In this document: positions 13,292-26,211 of the stretch, one piece after another
Numbering within the stretch: position 1 is the first letter of the stretch
How the letters are laid out: every line of letters starts with the position of its first letter
Source of the DNA: Felis catus
Lineage: Eukaryota
Direction of reading: 5' to 3'
Assembly (NCBI RefSeq): GCF_018350175.1
Contig: NC_058375.1
Location: forward strand, 123,628,001-123,692,000
DNA: 64,000 nt
Notes under the pieces: model-generated
The model's database searches: none
What the model saw: only the letters and a program-made list of their open reading frames with translations
Told to the model about the DNA's origin: nothing
Made by a program: the position numbers and the translations under genes

Positions 13292-14484
13292 TACAGAAAG
13301 TCAGGATAGTAGATAGATAAATAGGAAGGAAGGAAAAAAAAGAAAGGGGTAGTGTTTTTCCTCCTTTTAACAAATTTATAAACCATATAACAAATTGAGT
13401 CATTTTTGGTCCAATGCCTTTTTTATGTGTAACAACTAAGAAACCACGAGGTCATCATGTGAAAAGGAAGAGTCTGGGGTTACATCTTAAATTGTAATTA
13501 TTTTCTTTCCATGACTAGTAGAGAAAAGCTTTTCATATTAGCATATTTTTGTAAAACAGTCTGCTTCAACCGATCCTAGGACATCACTTGGATGAACTAC
13601 ACAGAAGCTAGGAAACTTCAGGGTAGGCCTACATCATTGGTATTGGTATTGAAACTTACTCTTTCTTTTGCATAAAACTTTTCTACTTTTTGCTCATTTC
13701 CTTTATAGTTTTTTGTTTAGTATGTAGGGGTCTGAATAAAATTCCCCAAAAAGTTTGTTTTGGACCTATTTTCAGATGGCTGTTTTTTTTCTTCTTCTAA
13801 GGATCCAAAACCTCAAAACATTAATATTTCTCATTGTGAAAGAAGTGATATGTTTTCTTAAATGTTGGTAGCTGATTATGAACGGGTGTTATTTCTTCCC
13901 TGAAGAAAGAAGTAGTTTAGTTTTGATGGATAAAATGATAATCCTTTAATGTTATATTGCCTCACTCTGTAGGTCAGATTTCAGTTTAGGTATAGTTCAT
14001 AAATTTTATTAAATAGATGCTTCAGAGAGCTATGATTAGCTTCTAGGAAGTTTTTAGCCAGAGAAACACACAGCAGCTTGAAAGGCTTTCACATTAATGA
14101 ACACCTTTTATCAATAGTTTTAATTTCAGGGTAGAATTTGTGATATATTTGGTTTCTGCTTTTTGGCAAGCATTCTGTTTATAACATAAATTTCACTGTG
14201 AATTTCTAGCATGGCTCTGATATGTGAGTGAGAAAGAATCCTACCAGTGAGAAGTATTTTCTAGTGCTTTTAAACCTGAATTATGATTTTCTGTCTTGAA
14301 TTGTTTCTGTGCTCTGGTCATTCTCCCAAGATGGGTAAGGGCAGCAGTAAGCCCAGGACCCCAGGGGAAAAGAAGGGACTCCATTTTCTGTAGCAAAAGA
14401 AATTGTAATAATTTCTTCCTACTGTGGCCTGTTTATTACGAGAATAAATACAGATGACAGCTTTCCATGGGCCATTTGCTCTAG

Positions 14485-14590
14485 CTGGTGGTCCTACTGT
14501 ACTTGGTACTGAGTGGGTTACCAGGACAAGGGAAATTCAGTGTTAAAACCTATAAAGTTCTAGATAAACCAGGACAAGCTGATCACCGTA
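14485..14590. mobile_element. MER81-like hAT element
   Basis: ttcagtgttaaaacc..aaagtt..aaaccaggacaagctgatcaccgta. Confidence 0.6.
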
Positions 14591-14876
14591 GGTAGTCGCA
14601 AATTCTGAAAGATTGTTATCCCTAATTTGGAGAATTTAGAGGTCTGACTGTTATAATGGAAATGTGGATATGCAAATGCAGCTCATTGGCTCCTGGTTTG
14701 TCTTAAAATGACACAGTGAGACCATTATCTCTCATGTCATGGAGAGGGTTAGGATGTCTTCTCAAAAGCCCAGTTTTCTTCTATTAACTGCTGCCCCAAT
14801 ACTAAGAGATTCATTCTTGGTGTTCAGAGTCTGGCCCTACAGAACAGGTGGGTTGCCTTTTCCCCTTTAAGGTTTT

Positions 14877-15096
14877 TTTTAATATTTTTTTTTCAATGTT
14901 TATTTATTTTTGGGACAGAGAGAGACAGAGCATGAACGGGGGAGGGGCAGAGAGAGAGGGAGACACAGAATCAGAAACAGGCTCCAGGCTCTGAGCCATC
15001 AGCCCAGAGCCCGACGCGGGGCTCGAACTCAGGGACCGCGAGATCGTGACCTGGCTGAAGTCGGACACTTAACCGACTGCGCCACCCAGGCGCCCC
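14877..15096 (-). mobile_element. Young felid SINEC_Fc-type SINE
   Basis: Near-consensus; perfect 17-bp TSD ttcccctttaaggtttt (14860-14876 / 15097-15113). Confidence 0.96.
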
Positions 15097-15179
15097 TTCC
15101 CCTTTAAGGTTTTGATGGGCTTCTGAATTAAAAAGCAAAATAATATTCTCAGCCATCAAATCTTTAAATAAGCTGCCTT

Positions 15180-15500
15180 TCTTTTTGTTTATACACAACT
15201 TTATTGAGACATAATTCACATACTACACGATTCACTCATTTAAGAAGTACAAACCAATGGTTTTAGTATATTCAGAGTTTTGCAACCATCATCACAATAA
15301 CAGTATATGAGGGTTCTAATTTCTTGACACCCTTACCAAGACTGGTTATTTTTTCATTTTTTATTTTAGGAATCCTAGGGGTATAAAGTTGTACCTCATT
15401 ATGGTTTTGATTTGCGTTTCCCTGATACTAATAATTTGGAGCACTCTTTTACATGCTTATGGCCATTTGTATATTTTCTGTAGAGAAATGTCTATTTAAG
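15180..15500 (-). mobile_element. L1M 3' fragment
   Basis: caactttattgagacataattcacatac; gttttgatttgcgtttccctgat. Confidence 0.75.
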
Positions 15501-17981
15501 ATGTCTTCTTTTTAGCTAAATCAAATCAAACAAAGACCAAAAAAAAAAAAATACAGCACATAAAGTGAACTAAGTTTCTAGCTACAAGATGGATAAGCTT
15601 AGGTCCCCTCAGCGTCTCCTTTTCTGTCACTTCTGAGATAAACTAATCATCTGACAATAGCAGAGGTACCACGGGACTTACCTCTCTCTGGCCGAGGTAC
15701 TATACATGAAATGATAAACGGATCCAAGATCTTCCACCCAGAAATTCCACTCAACTTCTATAATAGGTGAGATTTAGAATTCTCACACGACTAGTAGGAT
15801 GACAATCAGCCTGTCTCTTGACTTCTCACTCACTGGTCAATTCAAGCATGCAATGCAATCATTCCTCCAATCCAAGTCAGCAAGAAAGGACTGGGGAAGT
15901 CAGCTAGGGGCTGGATAGTAGAAAGCAGGAGATGCTTATTGTTCATCTTTGCCAACTTAGTTTGTTGCATTTGGAGCTTATAGGAAGAGAGAGAACTTTT
16001 TACCAGGAGAGACAATATGTTAAGCCATTCTTGTTCATCGTTCTTATTATTTAGTTTATCAGCTTGGTAGAAAGCATTATAGAATACTAAGCCAAACATT
16101 TATAATGTGCAGTGAGGAAGTAAGAAAAATCCTGGAATATTGAGTGGTAGATGAACCCTCTTGGGGAAAACTTTAGGATGCTTCAAGGTGGCATAAAATT
16201 ACTGGCACATTTCAAGGGAGACAGAGGACACAGGGTAATTGTGGCCATTGTTGATCCTGTCACTGACCCGGAACGTAGACTAATAGAGGTCTTGTCAGAG
16301 GCTCTCGAACTATTCTGTTCTTGCTCAGAAAAAGAGTAGGAAGAAGCTGCTTCCAGAAGAAGGGGATTTCAGGAATTGATACATCAATTGTACACAAAAC
16401 TTCATTTGGGGCACATCAATCCTAGCGTCTTTCAGTTTGTAGCAGCAGAGGTTAGCAGATAAGGGTCCTTTCAGAACTTTCTCTGAAGCTGCTGAATTCT
16501 TCTGGACTAAGATAGCCTGAGCCTTGGGACAGCCCAGCAACTTCTTAGATGTCTGGCTTTACGGTTCATCAGTGTTTGTTTCCTCCCTCTTACATACAGA
16601 GTACAAAAATGTACCATGAAAACAAAACTCTTTAACTATTAACAATGATAACAATTTGTTAAAGCTTAAAACATTCCAAATGTCCTTACTTTTTCTAGAA
16701 TTCTCTCTGTTGATATTTTGAAACCCTTAAGGAAAGACCACCTGCATACCAGATAGTAGGATTTTGTTTCCATCTGTGTGGGACCTTCAGATGGTGAACT
16801 AAAGACAAATGGAACACCAGGATGTAAGATGTAGGATCTCATCCCTTCTCTTTTTGAATGTCAGCTCGCAGTGTTTCTCCCTGTTTACTGCCCCAAACAA
16901 AATTTTATCTATTCTGTTTTTTTCCATTTACATAATATTAACTTTGTTAGCTATAAGTCTGTGGTTTAAAGGAGAAATAAAGTTGTGGGCAATAAAAATA
17001 CCTGAGTTATCTCAAACCTTAATCTATTGTAATGATTTTTTTGGCATTTTACATAATACTTCGACTTCATGACCTATAATGAAATTTTTAAATAAAGAGT
17101 ACTTTTATTCCAAGAATCTATTTTTACTCCAAGAATCTATTCTATTCCAAGAATTTAATAGATTCTTATTATTTATTTAAAATATTTACTGAGTACCTAA
17201 TGCATGTCAGGTATTTTTCCAAGTGTTGGAGATACAGCAGGAGAACAAACAAACAAGCAAAGTGGCCAATGATCTGAAAAGCCCTATATCTATTAAAGAA
17301 ATTGATATACTAATTAATAACCTTCCCACTCAGAAAACACCAGACCCAAATGGGTTCACTGTTAATTGTACCAAACATTTAAGAAAGAAATTATACAATT
17401 CTCTGCAATCCCTTTCAAAATATTGAAGCAGAGAGAATACTTCCTAACTCATCCTATGAAACCAGCACTACCTAAGACCAAACCCAGACAAAGATATACA
17501 GGACAAGAAAACTACAGACCAAGATCTCTCCTGAACAGAAATGCAAAAATTCTCAACAAAATATTAGCAAATTGAATCAAATAGTATATAAAAAGAATTA
17601 TAAAACACAATTAAGTGGTTTTTAACCTCGGTATGCAGGGCTGGCTCAAAAATCAATTCATGTAATCTACCACATCAGCAGTCTAAAGGAGAAAAATCAT
17701 ATGATTATATTAGTAGATACAGAAAAAGCATTTGACAAAATCAACCTTGATTCATGATAAAAAAAATTCTTAACAATCTAGAAATAGAGGGAATCTTCCT
17801 CAACTTGATTAAGAACATCAACAAAAACCTACAGCTAACATCCTACTTGATAGTGAGACACTTGAAACTTTCTAAGATCATGAACAAGACAAGGATGTCC
17901 CCTTTCACCACTGCTTTTCAATAACATACTGAAAGTCCTAGCTAACACAATAAGACAAAGGATAAAAAAGGGTATATAGGT

Positions 17982-18165
17982 NNNNNNNNNNNNNNNNNNN
18001 NNNNNNNNNNNNNNNNNNNNNNNNNNNNNNNNNNNNNNNNNNNNNNNNNNNNNNNNNNNNNNNNNNNNNNNNNNNNNNNNNNNNNNNNNNNNNNNNNNNN
18101 NNNNNNNNNNNNNNNNNNNNNNNNNNNNNNNNNNNNNNNNNNNNNNNNNNNNNNNNNNNNNNNNN
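17982..18165. other. Assembly gap (N-run) within L1
   Basis: 184 N. Confidence 1.
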
Positions 18166-18627
18166 AAATGGAATTTGAAGTTAAAAACAATATCATTTAC
18201 GTTAGAACCCCCCAAAATCAAATACTTAGGTACAAATTTAACAAAATATGTACAAGATCTATATGAGGGTGACTAAAAAACTCTGATGAATGAAATCAAA
18301 GAACTAAATTAATGGAAAAAATCTTCCATGTTCATTGATGGGAAGACTCAATATTGTCAAGATGTCAATTCATCCCACCTTGACCTATACATTCAGTTCA
18401 TCCCAATAAAATCCCAGTAAGTTGTTTTATGGGTGTCAGCAAACTGAGTCTAAAGTTTATAGAGAGAGCAAAGGACCCAGAATAGCCAACACAATACAGA
18501 GAGAGAGAGAGCATAAGTGGAGGAGACCACATTACCCAACTTAAAGACTTCCTAGAAAACCACAGTAATTCAGACAGTATGTTATTGGTGAAAGAACAAA
18601 CAGATGAGTGGAATAGAATAGAGGGAC

Positions 18628-18759
18628 NNNNNNNNNNNNNNNNNNNNNNNNNNNNNNNNNNNNNNNNNNNNNNNNNNNNNNNNNNNNNNNNNNNNNNNNN
18701 NNNNNNNNNNNNNNNNNNNNNNNNNNNNNNNNNNNNNNNNNNNNNNNNNNNNNNNNNNN
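18628..18759. other. Assembly gap (N-run) within L1
   Basis: 132 N. Confidence 1.
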
Positions 18760-20719
18760 AGACACAGAACTTACACCCTTCACAAAAATTCACTTGAAAC
18801 AGATCATTGATCTAAATATAAAATGTGAAACTATAAAACTCTACACAATAACATAAAAGAAAAATCTTGGTGATAAATTTTTAGATACAACATGAAAGAA
18901 ATAATCAATAAGCTGGACTTCATTAAAATTAAAAAGTTCTGCTCCGTGAAAGATACTGTCAAGGGAATGAAAAGACAAGCTACAGACTGGGAGAAAGTAT
19001 TTGCAAAAGACACATCTGATAAAGGACTATTATTCAAAGTATACAAATAACTCTTAAAACAACATAAGAAAACAAACAAGCTGATAAAATAAGTTAGCCT
19101 TAACAGATAACTCAGTAAAGGATATTTATAGGTGACAAGCACGTGAAAAGATGCTTCACATCATATGTCATAAAGGAAATACAAATTAAAACAATAAGAT
19201 ATCACTACACACCTATTAGAATGGCCATCATTTAGAACAATGGCAACACTGAATTCTGGTGAGTGTGTGGAGTAGGACTTTCATTTTGTTACTGGTCAGA
19301 ATGAAAAAATTGTACAGTCACTTTGGGAGACAGTTTGGTTGTTTCTTATAAAATTACACATAAACTTACCATTTGATCCAACAATCATGGTCCTTGGTAT
19401 TTACTCAAGGGAGTTGAAATTTTATGTCTACACAAAAACCTGTACATGAATGTTTTTGGCAGCTTTATTCATTATTGGCAAAACTTGGAGCAATTGAGAT
19501 CCTTCAGAAGGTGAGTGGATAAATAAAGTGTAGTACATCCAGACAATAGAATATTCTTCAGCATCAAAAAGGAACAAGCTACCAAGTCATGAAAGGGAAG
19601 AAAACTTAAATACATGTTACTACTTGAAAGAAGCCAATACTGTATGATTCCAGTGATATGACATTCTGGAAAAGGCAAAACTATAGAACAATAAAAAGAT
19701 CCCTGTTGCCAGGGGTTGAGGGGAGGAAGGGAGAAATAGGCAGGGCAAAGAGGAGTTTTAGGGCAGTGAAACCACTATGTATGATATTACGGTGGTGAAT
19801 ACATGTCCTTATAAACTTGTCCAAATGCATAGAATGAACAACACCAAGAGTGAAGCCTAAGGTGAACTATGGACTCTGGGTGACATGTACCACTGGTGAG
19901 GAATGCTACTTTGGGGGAGGCTCATGTGAGTGGAGGCTCAATTTTGCTGTGAACTTAAACCTGCTGTAAAAAGTAAGGTCTATTAAAAACAAAAGAATAA
20001 AAACAAAGTCCAGACCCTTGTCCTTGTGTTGCTGTTAGGAGCTCTGCTGAGCTGGGACAGAAAAGAAAGGTCAGCGTAGCTGTTTAAAGCAGCAAGGCAA
20101 AAATCAGAGTTAAGCCTTTAGATCCCTGATTTAATAAGCAAGAGTTTAAAACTGGAGAAAGTGCAGACTCTCTCCTGTTTCATTTCCCTCACAAAAAAGC
20201 GCACGAGTGAGGGGCTCTGGCAGTTTCGTGGATTCTGGGACTGAGGTAGGGCAGGGGTGAGGCAAGGATGGCAAGGTTGGGGAGGGCTAAGAGTGAAACG
20301 GTAGTGGGTACTGAGTCAGAGTAGGGAAAAGCATCTTCAAGGTTTATCTTCTTCTCTCCCATTCCCCATAAGATGGTCTCAGCAGGAGCTCCTTCAAGAT
20401 CTGTGCCCAAGACCTCATACAGAAAAAGCCAGGAATGAAGGCCGAGGGCTAGAAGTGCAGATCTGTGAAAGAGCATGTCTGGATCGGGTCCCTGGGTCCC
20501 TGGGTCCCTGACTGCATCTCCCTTCAGAGACTCAGATGCCCTGGCTATGAACTATGTCTGCTGTGGGAATGGCAGCTTTTCACTGTGAGCCTGCCAGGTT
20601 AGAGCCTTTGTAATCGCCTATGATCAGGCCTGAAAAATCACCCATAGGTTTTGAACCAGGAACTGGACTCTTGGATCACATTCTAGACAGTAAATGGGAG
20701 GAGCACGTAAAACAGATGC

Positions 20720-21450
20720 TATGTTAGATAGTGGCAAGTGCTAACTTACTGAATAAATCAAGCAGGGAGGCAGATAGGGAATACATGAGAGTGTGGGGGT
20801 GGGGATGTGATAGCAATTTTAGACAAGGGAAGGCAAAGGAGGCTTCATGGAAAGGCAGCATTGTGTGAAGAACTTCAGAATGAGGCTTGAAGACACTTGG
20901 GAGAAGAGTAGGGCATACAGAGGGATTAGCAGTTACAAACTGCTTGAGCTGGAAGCTTGCGTGTGATGCCGGAGGAGACCCATTTGTCTGGAGTAGAAGG
21001 AGCAGAGCAAGAGGAACAGGAGATGGGATTATGGGATAGCTAAGGAGGGGCCGTTCCCACAGGGCCTTGCAGCCTCTGTAAGGTTCTGGATTTTTTCTCT
21101 GAGTGGGAGGAGACACCACTGGGGATTTTTTTTTTTTTTTTTTTTTTTTGAGTAATCTCTGTGCTCAGCATGGGGCTTGCACCCAGAACCTGGAGACCAA
21201 GAGTTGCATGTTCTACCGACTAAGCCAGCTTAGTGTTCCCCTCTGGGAATCTTAAGAGAGGAATGACATGATTTGGCCCTAGTCAAATGGCTTTAGGGGA
21301 ATGAGAATGGCTTCAGGAGAGACAAGGAGGAGATGTTAAGGGCAGAAACAGGGGGACCTGTTAGGACGTTACTGTCATCATTTGGGAAAGAGATAATTGA
21401 GGTTGCCTTGGACCAGGGCATAGGGTGAAGTGGCTGAATATGGGATATAT
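20720..21450 (-). mobile_element. L2 fragment
   Basis: Purine-rich L2 antisense motifs (agggccttgcag..ctggattttttctctgagt; ttggaccaggg). Confidence 0.65.
21126..21241 (-). mobile_element. Short Can-SINE (no CT tract) inserted in L2
   Basis: Poly-T followed by the reverse tRNA-like body. Confidence 0.75.
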
Positions 21451-22699
21451 TTTTAATACAATGCTCCTATTGTATCCATTCTAAACACATTTTAACATAC
21501 CTGAAATCAGAATGCATCTTACATTGGGGTGGCATCATGCCACATTGAAATTCTGGTCATCTGTTTACCTGTATGTCTCCTCCAGGAGGTGAGGAGTTGG
21601 GGACCTCATTAATTTTTGCTACACACAATCCCCTAAACATACCAATACACTTGGCACAGAACAGGTCTGCAATATTTGTAACAGTCTGTTTTTGTTATTT
21701 TGCATTTGCAAACCATAGTTTTCTCTTTTGCAAAATGTAGTCAACAATAGCTCATAAAGATATTTTAGGAGTTTTGAAGATTATGTAAGATAATGTATAC
21801 ACCAGGTCCAAAGAACAGTGTTTGGTACATAAATGCTCAATAAATATTTGCTTTTTTTTCCAAAATTTGTATTGAATTGTGAATAATATTACTATTATGC
21901 TTTAATTATCATAATATACTTTAATCTCATTTGAAAAGTGTAACATCTATTTTTAAGCCTTAGAATGGGATCTGTTCCATCACAGAAACTTCTGGTGTAT
22001 TCAACTAAAAAGAAAAAAAAAACAGTGAAAAGAGGAGGTAACCCCATTTTATTTCTCTCGTGGTGACAAAGTGCTGGAATCTATGATTATTTGAGGATTC
22101 TAAATATAGAGCACTGATGACCCAAAAGCTCTTCTCAAATTTCATTTTTTTCTAATAGCTTCTGAAAAAACACTCCCAGGAGTGTCAACTAGTAATGTCA
22201 ATTTAGGGAGTTTATGCAATTTACAGCAGTGTATTGCATTTTATCTCATTGACTTTATCTCACATGAGTCTATTCATGTCCAGCCTGCTTTGGTCATGAT
22301 AAATGCATCATCCAATTACTCATTTAGCCTGTTTGCTAATATGGAAAGAAGCAATTTAATGCATTGGTTAAGTGACTAAAGCACACATCATTGGATCTCT
22401 ACTCTGATAATAAGCATGACTCTGAACAATACTTTGGTGTCTGCTTCCTTCTATGACTTAGGAATTTTCCTGATTGCTAAATAGACACTGATGAATTTTA
22501 ATACGATTATTACGTTCTTCTAAGACTTTTAAATAAAAGTATTCAATAAATTCATCTTGATTGGAGCACTATTGTTCTTGATATTTATAATGGCTCCAGC
22601 TTTGCTCTTTTTCTTGCTTGGGATGTTGAAAAACTGTAGAGTTTATTGGGTAAGTGAAAGTCTGTACGTGCATAATTTTCAAATTAGCATGATCAACAT

Positions 22700-23850
22700 G
22701 AGATGTAAAGTACACTTGAGGAGTAGGTTTTTAATCTCCCCCTTCCCCCTTTTCCTTCTTACTGATGACCTTGATTCAATGCTCCGTGTGAAATAGAAGC
22801 AAACAGGTACTTTCTCCTCTTTTTCCCGGGGCATCTCTGCAGCCTCTTGAATCAGGACCCACTCTCTGGGTTTCATCTGCTGCTGTAGGAGGAATGTCCC
22901 TGCTCCTAGCTAAAATCAACCCTTCCCCTGAATTCTGAATCACATCCTCTTTCACCTTCTCTAGGACTTTTCTCCTACAAATAGACCCCTCTCTCCTGCA
23001 TTATTGATTTCCCCCTCATGGGGTTTGTTTCCATCAGCCAATAAACCTACTCTTGAATCCCCTTTTCTTTCTAGCTGCAGCCCCATTCTCCTGCTCTCTG
23101 ATGGCAAACCTTCTCAAATAAATGGCTTCCCCATTGCATCACCTATTTTTTTTTTTTTTTACTCAATCCATTTCAGTTAGATCTTTGTCCTTCCCTCTAT
23201 ATCTGAAATTTCTTCAGTGGCCCCCATGTCACCAAGTGCAATGGTCACTTTTTGCCTTCATCCTCCTCAGCATCTTAGTGGCATTTCTCCTAAGTGACCA
23301 CTGTCTCCTAGAAACTCTCTTTTTTCTTGGTTTCATGACAACCCATTTGCCTGATTTTCTTATTTTACTGCCTATTGACTCTAGGCTGATAACTCCCAAA
23401 TGTATATATTCAGATCTAACTTTTCCCAGAACCCAAACTTGTATATCTAAATACAATTTGGCATCTCCACTTGAATGTTTAATGAGCATCTCATACCTGT
23501 TTATTATGATCATCTTTCTATGTAAATATATACATGTAGAATCCTTCTGCTATTCACTCTGCCTGATATTCTCTTCCTTCATCTTTTCCCTTTTTTCCGG
23601 TCCTTTCTCCTAAACCAGCCTCCAGTAGAATAGGTCCCATGGTGATTCCACAGCACCCATTAGTTCTCTTTTATAGTAATTAGCACGTTTATAGTCATTT
23701 GCTCAAATATATTATTATCTGTTTAGTGTTAATTTTGCCCCTTTAGTCTCTAAGATTCCTGAAGTCAGAGATTTTCTGTGTTGTTTAGTATATTCTGAGG
23801 GCTCAACACAGTGTCTTTGCACAGATTAGGAGCTCAATGAATATATTTAT
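22700..23850 (+). mobile_element. L2 fragment(s)
   Basis: ggtcactttttgccttcatcctcct..gaccactgtctcctagaaactctc; gctgataactcccaaatgtatat; 3' end gctcaatgaatatattt. Confidence 0.7.
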
Positions 23851-24163
23851 TTCTTACCTTTGTACATCTACATTGTTTCCTAATTTACACCATTATATTA
23901 TAAGCAATTATACAATGAACATTCATATAGCTAAATTTTTGGCATGTCTTTAATCACATGTTCAGAACAATCCTTACAAATAGAATCGCTGGTTTTACAC
24001 TGATACACATTTTCGAGGCTTTTGTTATAGTGTGGTAGTCTGCAACACAGCCACCATTAATTTCTTCCCTCCCTTTATGAGCAAGCCACTCACTCATTAA
24101 AAGGTGATGTCTCCTTCCCTTACTCTTGAATGACTTGCTTTAACCCTCAGAATGTGGTGAGAG

Positions 24164-24330
24164 TAGGATTACCAGAAAAAAAAATACAAGATGTCCAGGA
24201 AAATTAAACTGTCAAATATGTAGGAAAAAGGGGGGGGGTATATTTATACTAAAAAGTTATTCGTTTTTTATCTAACACTCAGATTTAACTGGGCATCCTG
24301 TGTTTTTATTTGCCAAATCTGGCAACACTA
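24164..24330. mobile_element. MER53-like hAT MITE
   Basis: TIRs taggattaccaga / tctggcaacacta; palindromic body. Confidence 0.78.
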
Positions 24331-24464
24331 CGTAAGTGTGATGATGCTCTACTAGGTTGGTATGATAATACTGTTCCAGTGTCAGGCCTAGCCTTTAAGA
24401 GAACTGGCAGTTTCTACTTTGCCCTTGAGAAGTCAGCTACCATGCTGTCAAGAACTTTGGGCCA

Positions 24465-24636
24465 GGGGCGGCTGGGTAGCACAGTCAGTTAAGCATCCAG
24501 CTTCGGCTTAGGTCATGATCTCACGGTTTGTGAGTTCAAGCCCCACGTCAGGCTCTGTGCTGACAGCTCAGAACCTGGAGCCTGCTTTGGATTCTGTGTC
24601 TCCCTCTCTTTGATTAAAGAAAAAAAAAAAAAAAAA
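24465..24636 (+). mobile_element. Can-SINE with 3' body deletion
   Basis: TSD aagaactttgggccag (24450-24465 / 24635-24650). Confidence 0.93.
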
Positions 24637-25153
24637 GAACTTTGGGCCAGACTCCTGAATGAAGAGAGATCACCCAGGAAGGTCTAGGAGGGTGAAATGT
24701 TCTATTGGATGTTCCAGCCCCAACTAGGCCTGAAGTCCTGGGAGAGGAGGATCTAACAGCATGTGTTCAGGTAGATTTCAGACCTACTATCTCCCTGTTG
24801 TTGAATGGGAGTGTCTATTGCGGGTTTCCTGTCCCTTTCTCACCATTGTATGCCTGATAGGTGGGGAAGAGTGGAGAGTTGGGGAGAGGCAGAAAACGGT
24901 TCACAGTTCTCCAGGTCTGGAGGAGCTGCACTCATATTGGACATGATGCAGATTATGAAATACTGAACTTTAAGTCTGGTGGTTCCATGGGATGAGATTT
25001 TGAGAGATCTTGGGAGGTGGTGACTTGTTTTTGGTTTTTTTTTTTTCTTGCATGTGGAAAGAATATAAATAATTTGTGACCAGAGGATAGACTGTGGTGG
25101 ATTAAATATAACCACAGATTCTTTGCCAGTTCTCTGGTCAAGAAGTGAAGTCT

Positions 25154-25352
25154 GGGGCGCCTGGGTGGCTCAGTCAGTTGAGCATCCCACTCTTGATTTC
25201 GGCTCAGGTCATGAGCTCATGGTTCATGGGATGGAGAACTACTGTGTAGGGCTTCACGCTGACAGTACGGAGCCTGCTTCAGATTCTGTTTCTTCCTCTC
25301 TCTCTGCCCCTACCCCCTGCATTCTCTCTCTCTCAAAATAAATAAATAAACT
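25154..25352 (+). mobile_element. Can-SINE
   Basis: Consensus head, (CT)n, AATAAA repeats. Confidence 0.92.
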
Positions 25353-25466
25353 TTTTTTTAAAAGTATTTTGCTGTTTGATTTGCATTCTTTGAAAATGAG
25401 TTTCAATATTTTTCAAATGCTTATTGGCTATAAAATGACTCTGTCTTTTGTCTATTTTTCCTTTAA

Positions 25467-25594
25467 NNNNNNNNNNNNNNNNNNNNNNNNNNNNNNNNNN
25501 NNNNNNNNNNNNNNNNNNNNNNNNNNNNNNNNNNNNNNNNNNNNNNNNNNNNNNNNNNNNNNNNNNNNNNNNNNNNNNNNNNNNNNNNNNNNNN
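25467..25594. other. Assembly gap (N-run)
   Basis: 128 N. Confidence 1.
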
Positions 25595-25741
25595 AGAGAG
25601 AGGGAGCCACAGAATCTAAAACAGGCTCTAGGCTCTGAGCTGTCAGCACAGAGCCTGACACAGAGCTCGAACTCACAAGCCATGACATCATGACCTGAGC
25701 CAAAGTCAAACTCTCAACCAACTGAGCCACCCAGATGCTCC
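25595..25741 (-). mobile_element. Can-SINE (tail in assembly gap)
   Basis: Reverse consensus match. Confidence 0.9.
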
Positions 25742-26211
25742 TGGGCTCTTTATATTTTAATAATAATAAGAGCAAATGGGGAATATTTTGCAATATATGT
25801 GGCTACACAGTTTGCTTGCGGGCTCTCTGAAGTAAAATGTTTAAACTATTTATATAAAAAGCAGTGCCTGACTAGACAATTTTCTGAGTGTTTCTTGTAA
25901 CATGATCATATCTAGTTTCTAGCTTGTTTGCTTGTTTTTAGTACTTCTTAAATTTTTCTACTAGTGATTTTCTTCAAATGAAAATTTCAGCTGAAACCCA
26001 GTATAATACACACCTTGCCTTCCTCTTGCCATTCTAGTGTGAACAACACTGGCATAGGTCACTGCCAACGGTTAGGTCTTCAGCCATCTTTGTGTTAAAC
26101 CTTATGGAAAGTCTTTGGATAAACTGCAGTAGTATTTCATACCAATTTTAATCTCACAAACTTGAAAGAGCATGATACAAAAATGCTATTAGTTTGTACA
26201 AATTTCAAATA

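Larger units (their letters stand above)
17264..20000 (+). mobile_element. 5'-truncated old L1 (L1MC-like): degenerate ORF2 RT/C-terminal region plus 3' UTR
   Basis: ORF2 remnants (PISIKEI..INNLPTQKTPDPNGFT; ENYRPRSLLN..AKILNKILAN; DTEKAFDKI), many stops and frameshifts, L1MC-type 3' end. Interrupts an L2 3' end and contains two gaps. Confidence 0.9.
24030..25153 (+). mobile_element. Degraded MLT1 MaLR: LTR, internal fragment and start of second LTR
   Basis: LTR start tgtggtagtctgca; MLT-internal 3' end ..ttgcatgtggaaagaatataaataatttgtgaccagaggatagac|tgtggtggattaaa. Confidence 0.62.

Noticed and set aside
15795-15812. *DDNQ as a decayed QGDNQ polymerase motif, i.e. a firm endogenous bornavirus-like L call
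   Set aside because: Needs two substitutions, flanking motifs are absent, and the distance to the PERR patch is too short. Kept only as an unassigned island.
17106-17154. Direct repeats as a CRISPR-like array
   Set aside because: Three short degenerate units without spacers in mammalian DNA.
17223-17575. Active L1 reverse transcriptase
   Set aside because: 5'-truncated, frameshifted and stop-ridden fossil.
23122-23613. 163-aa hydrophobic ORF as a membrane protein
   Set aside because: Lies in pyrimidine-rich L2 sequence; the F/L/S bias is compositional.
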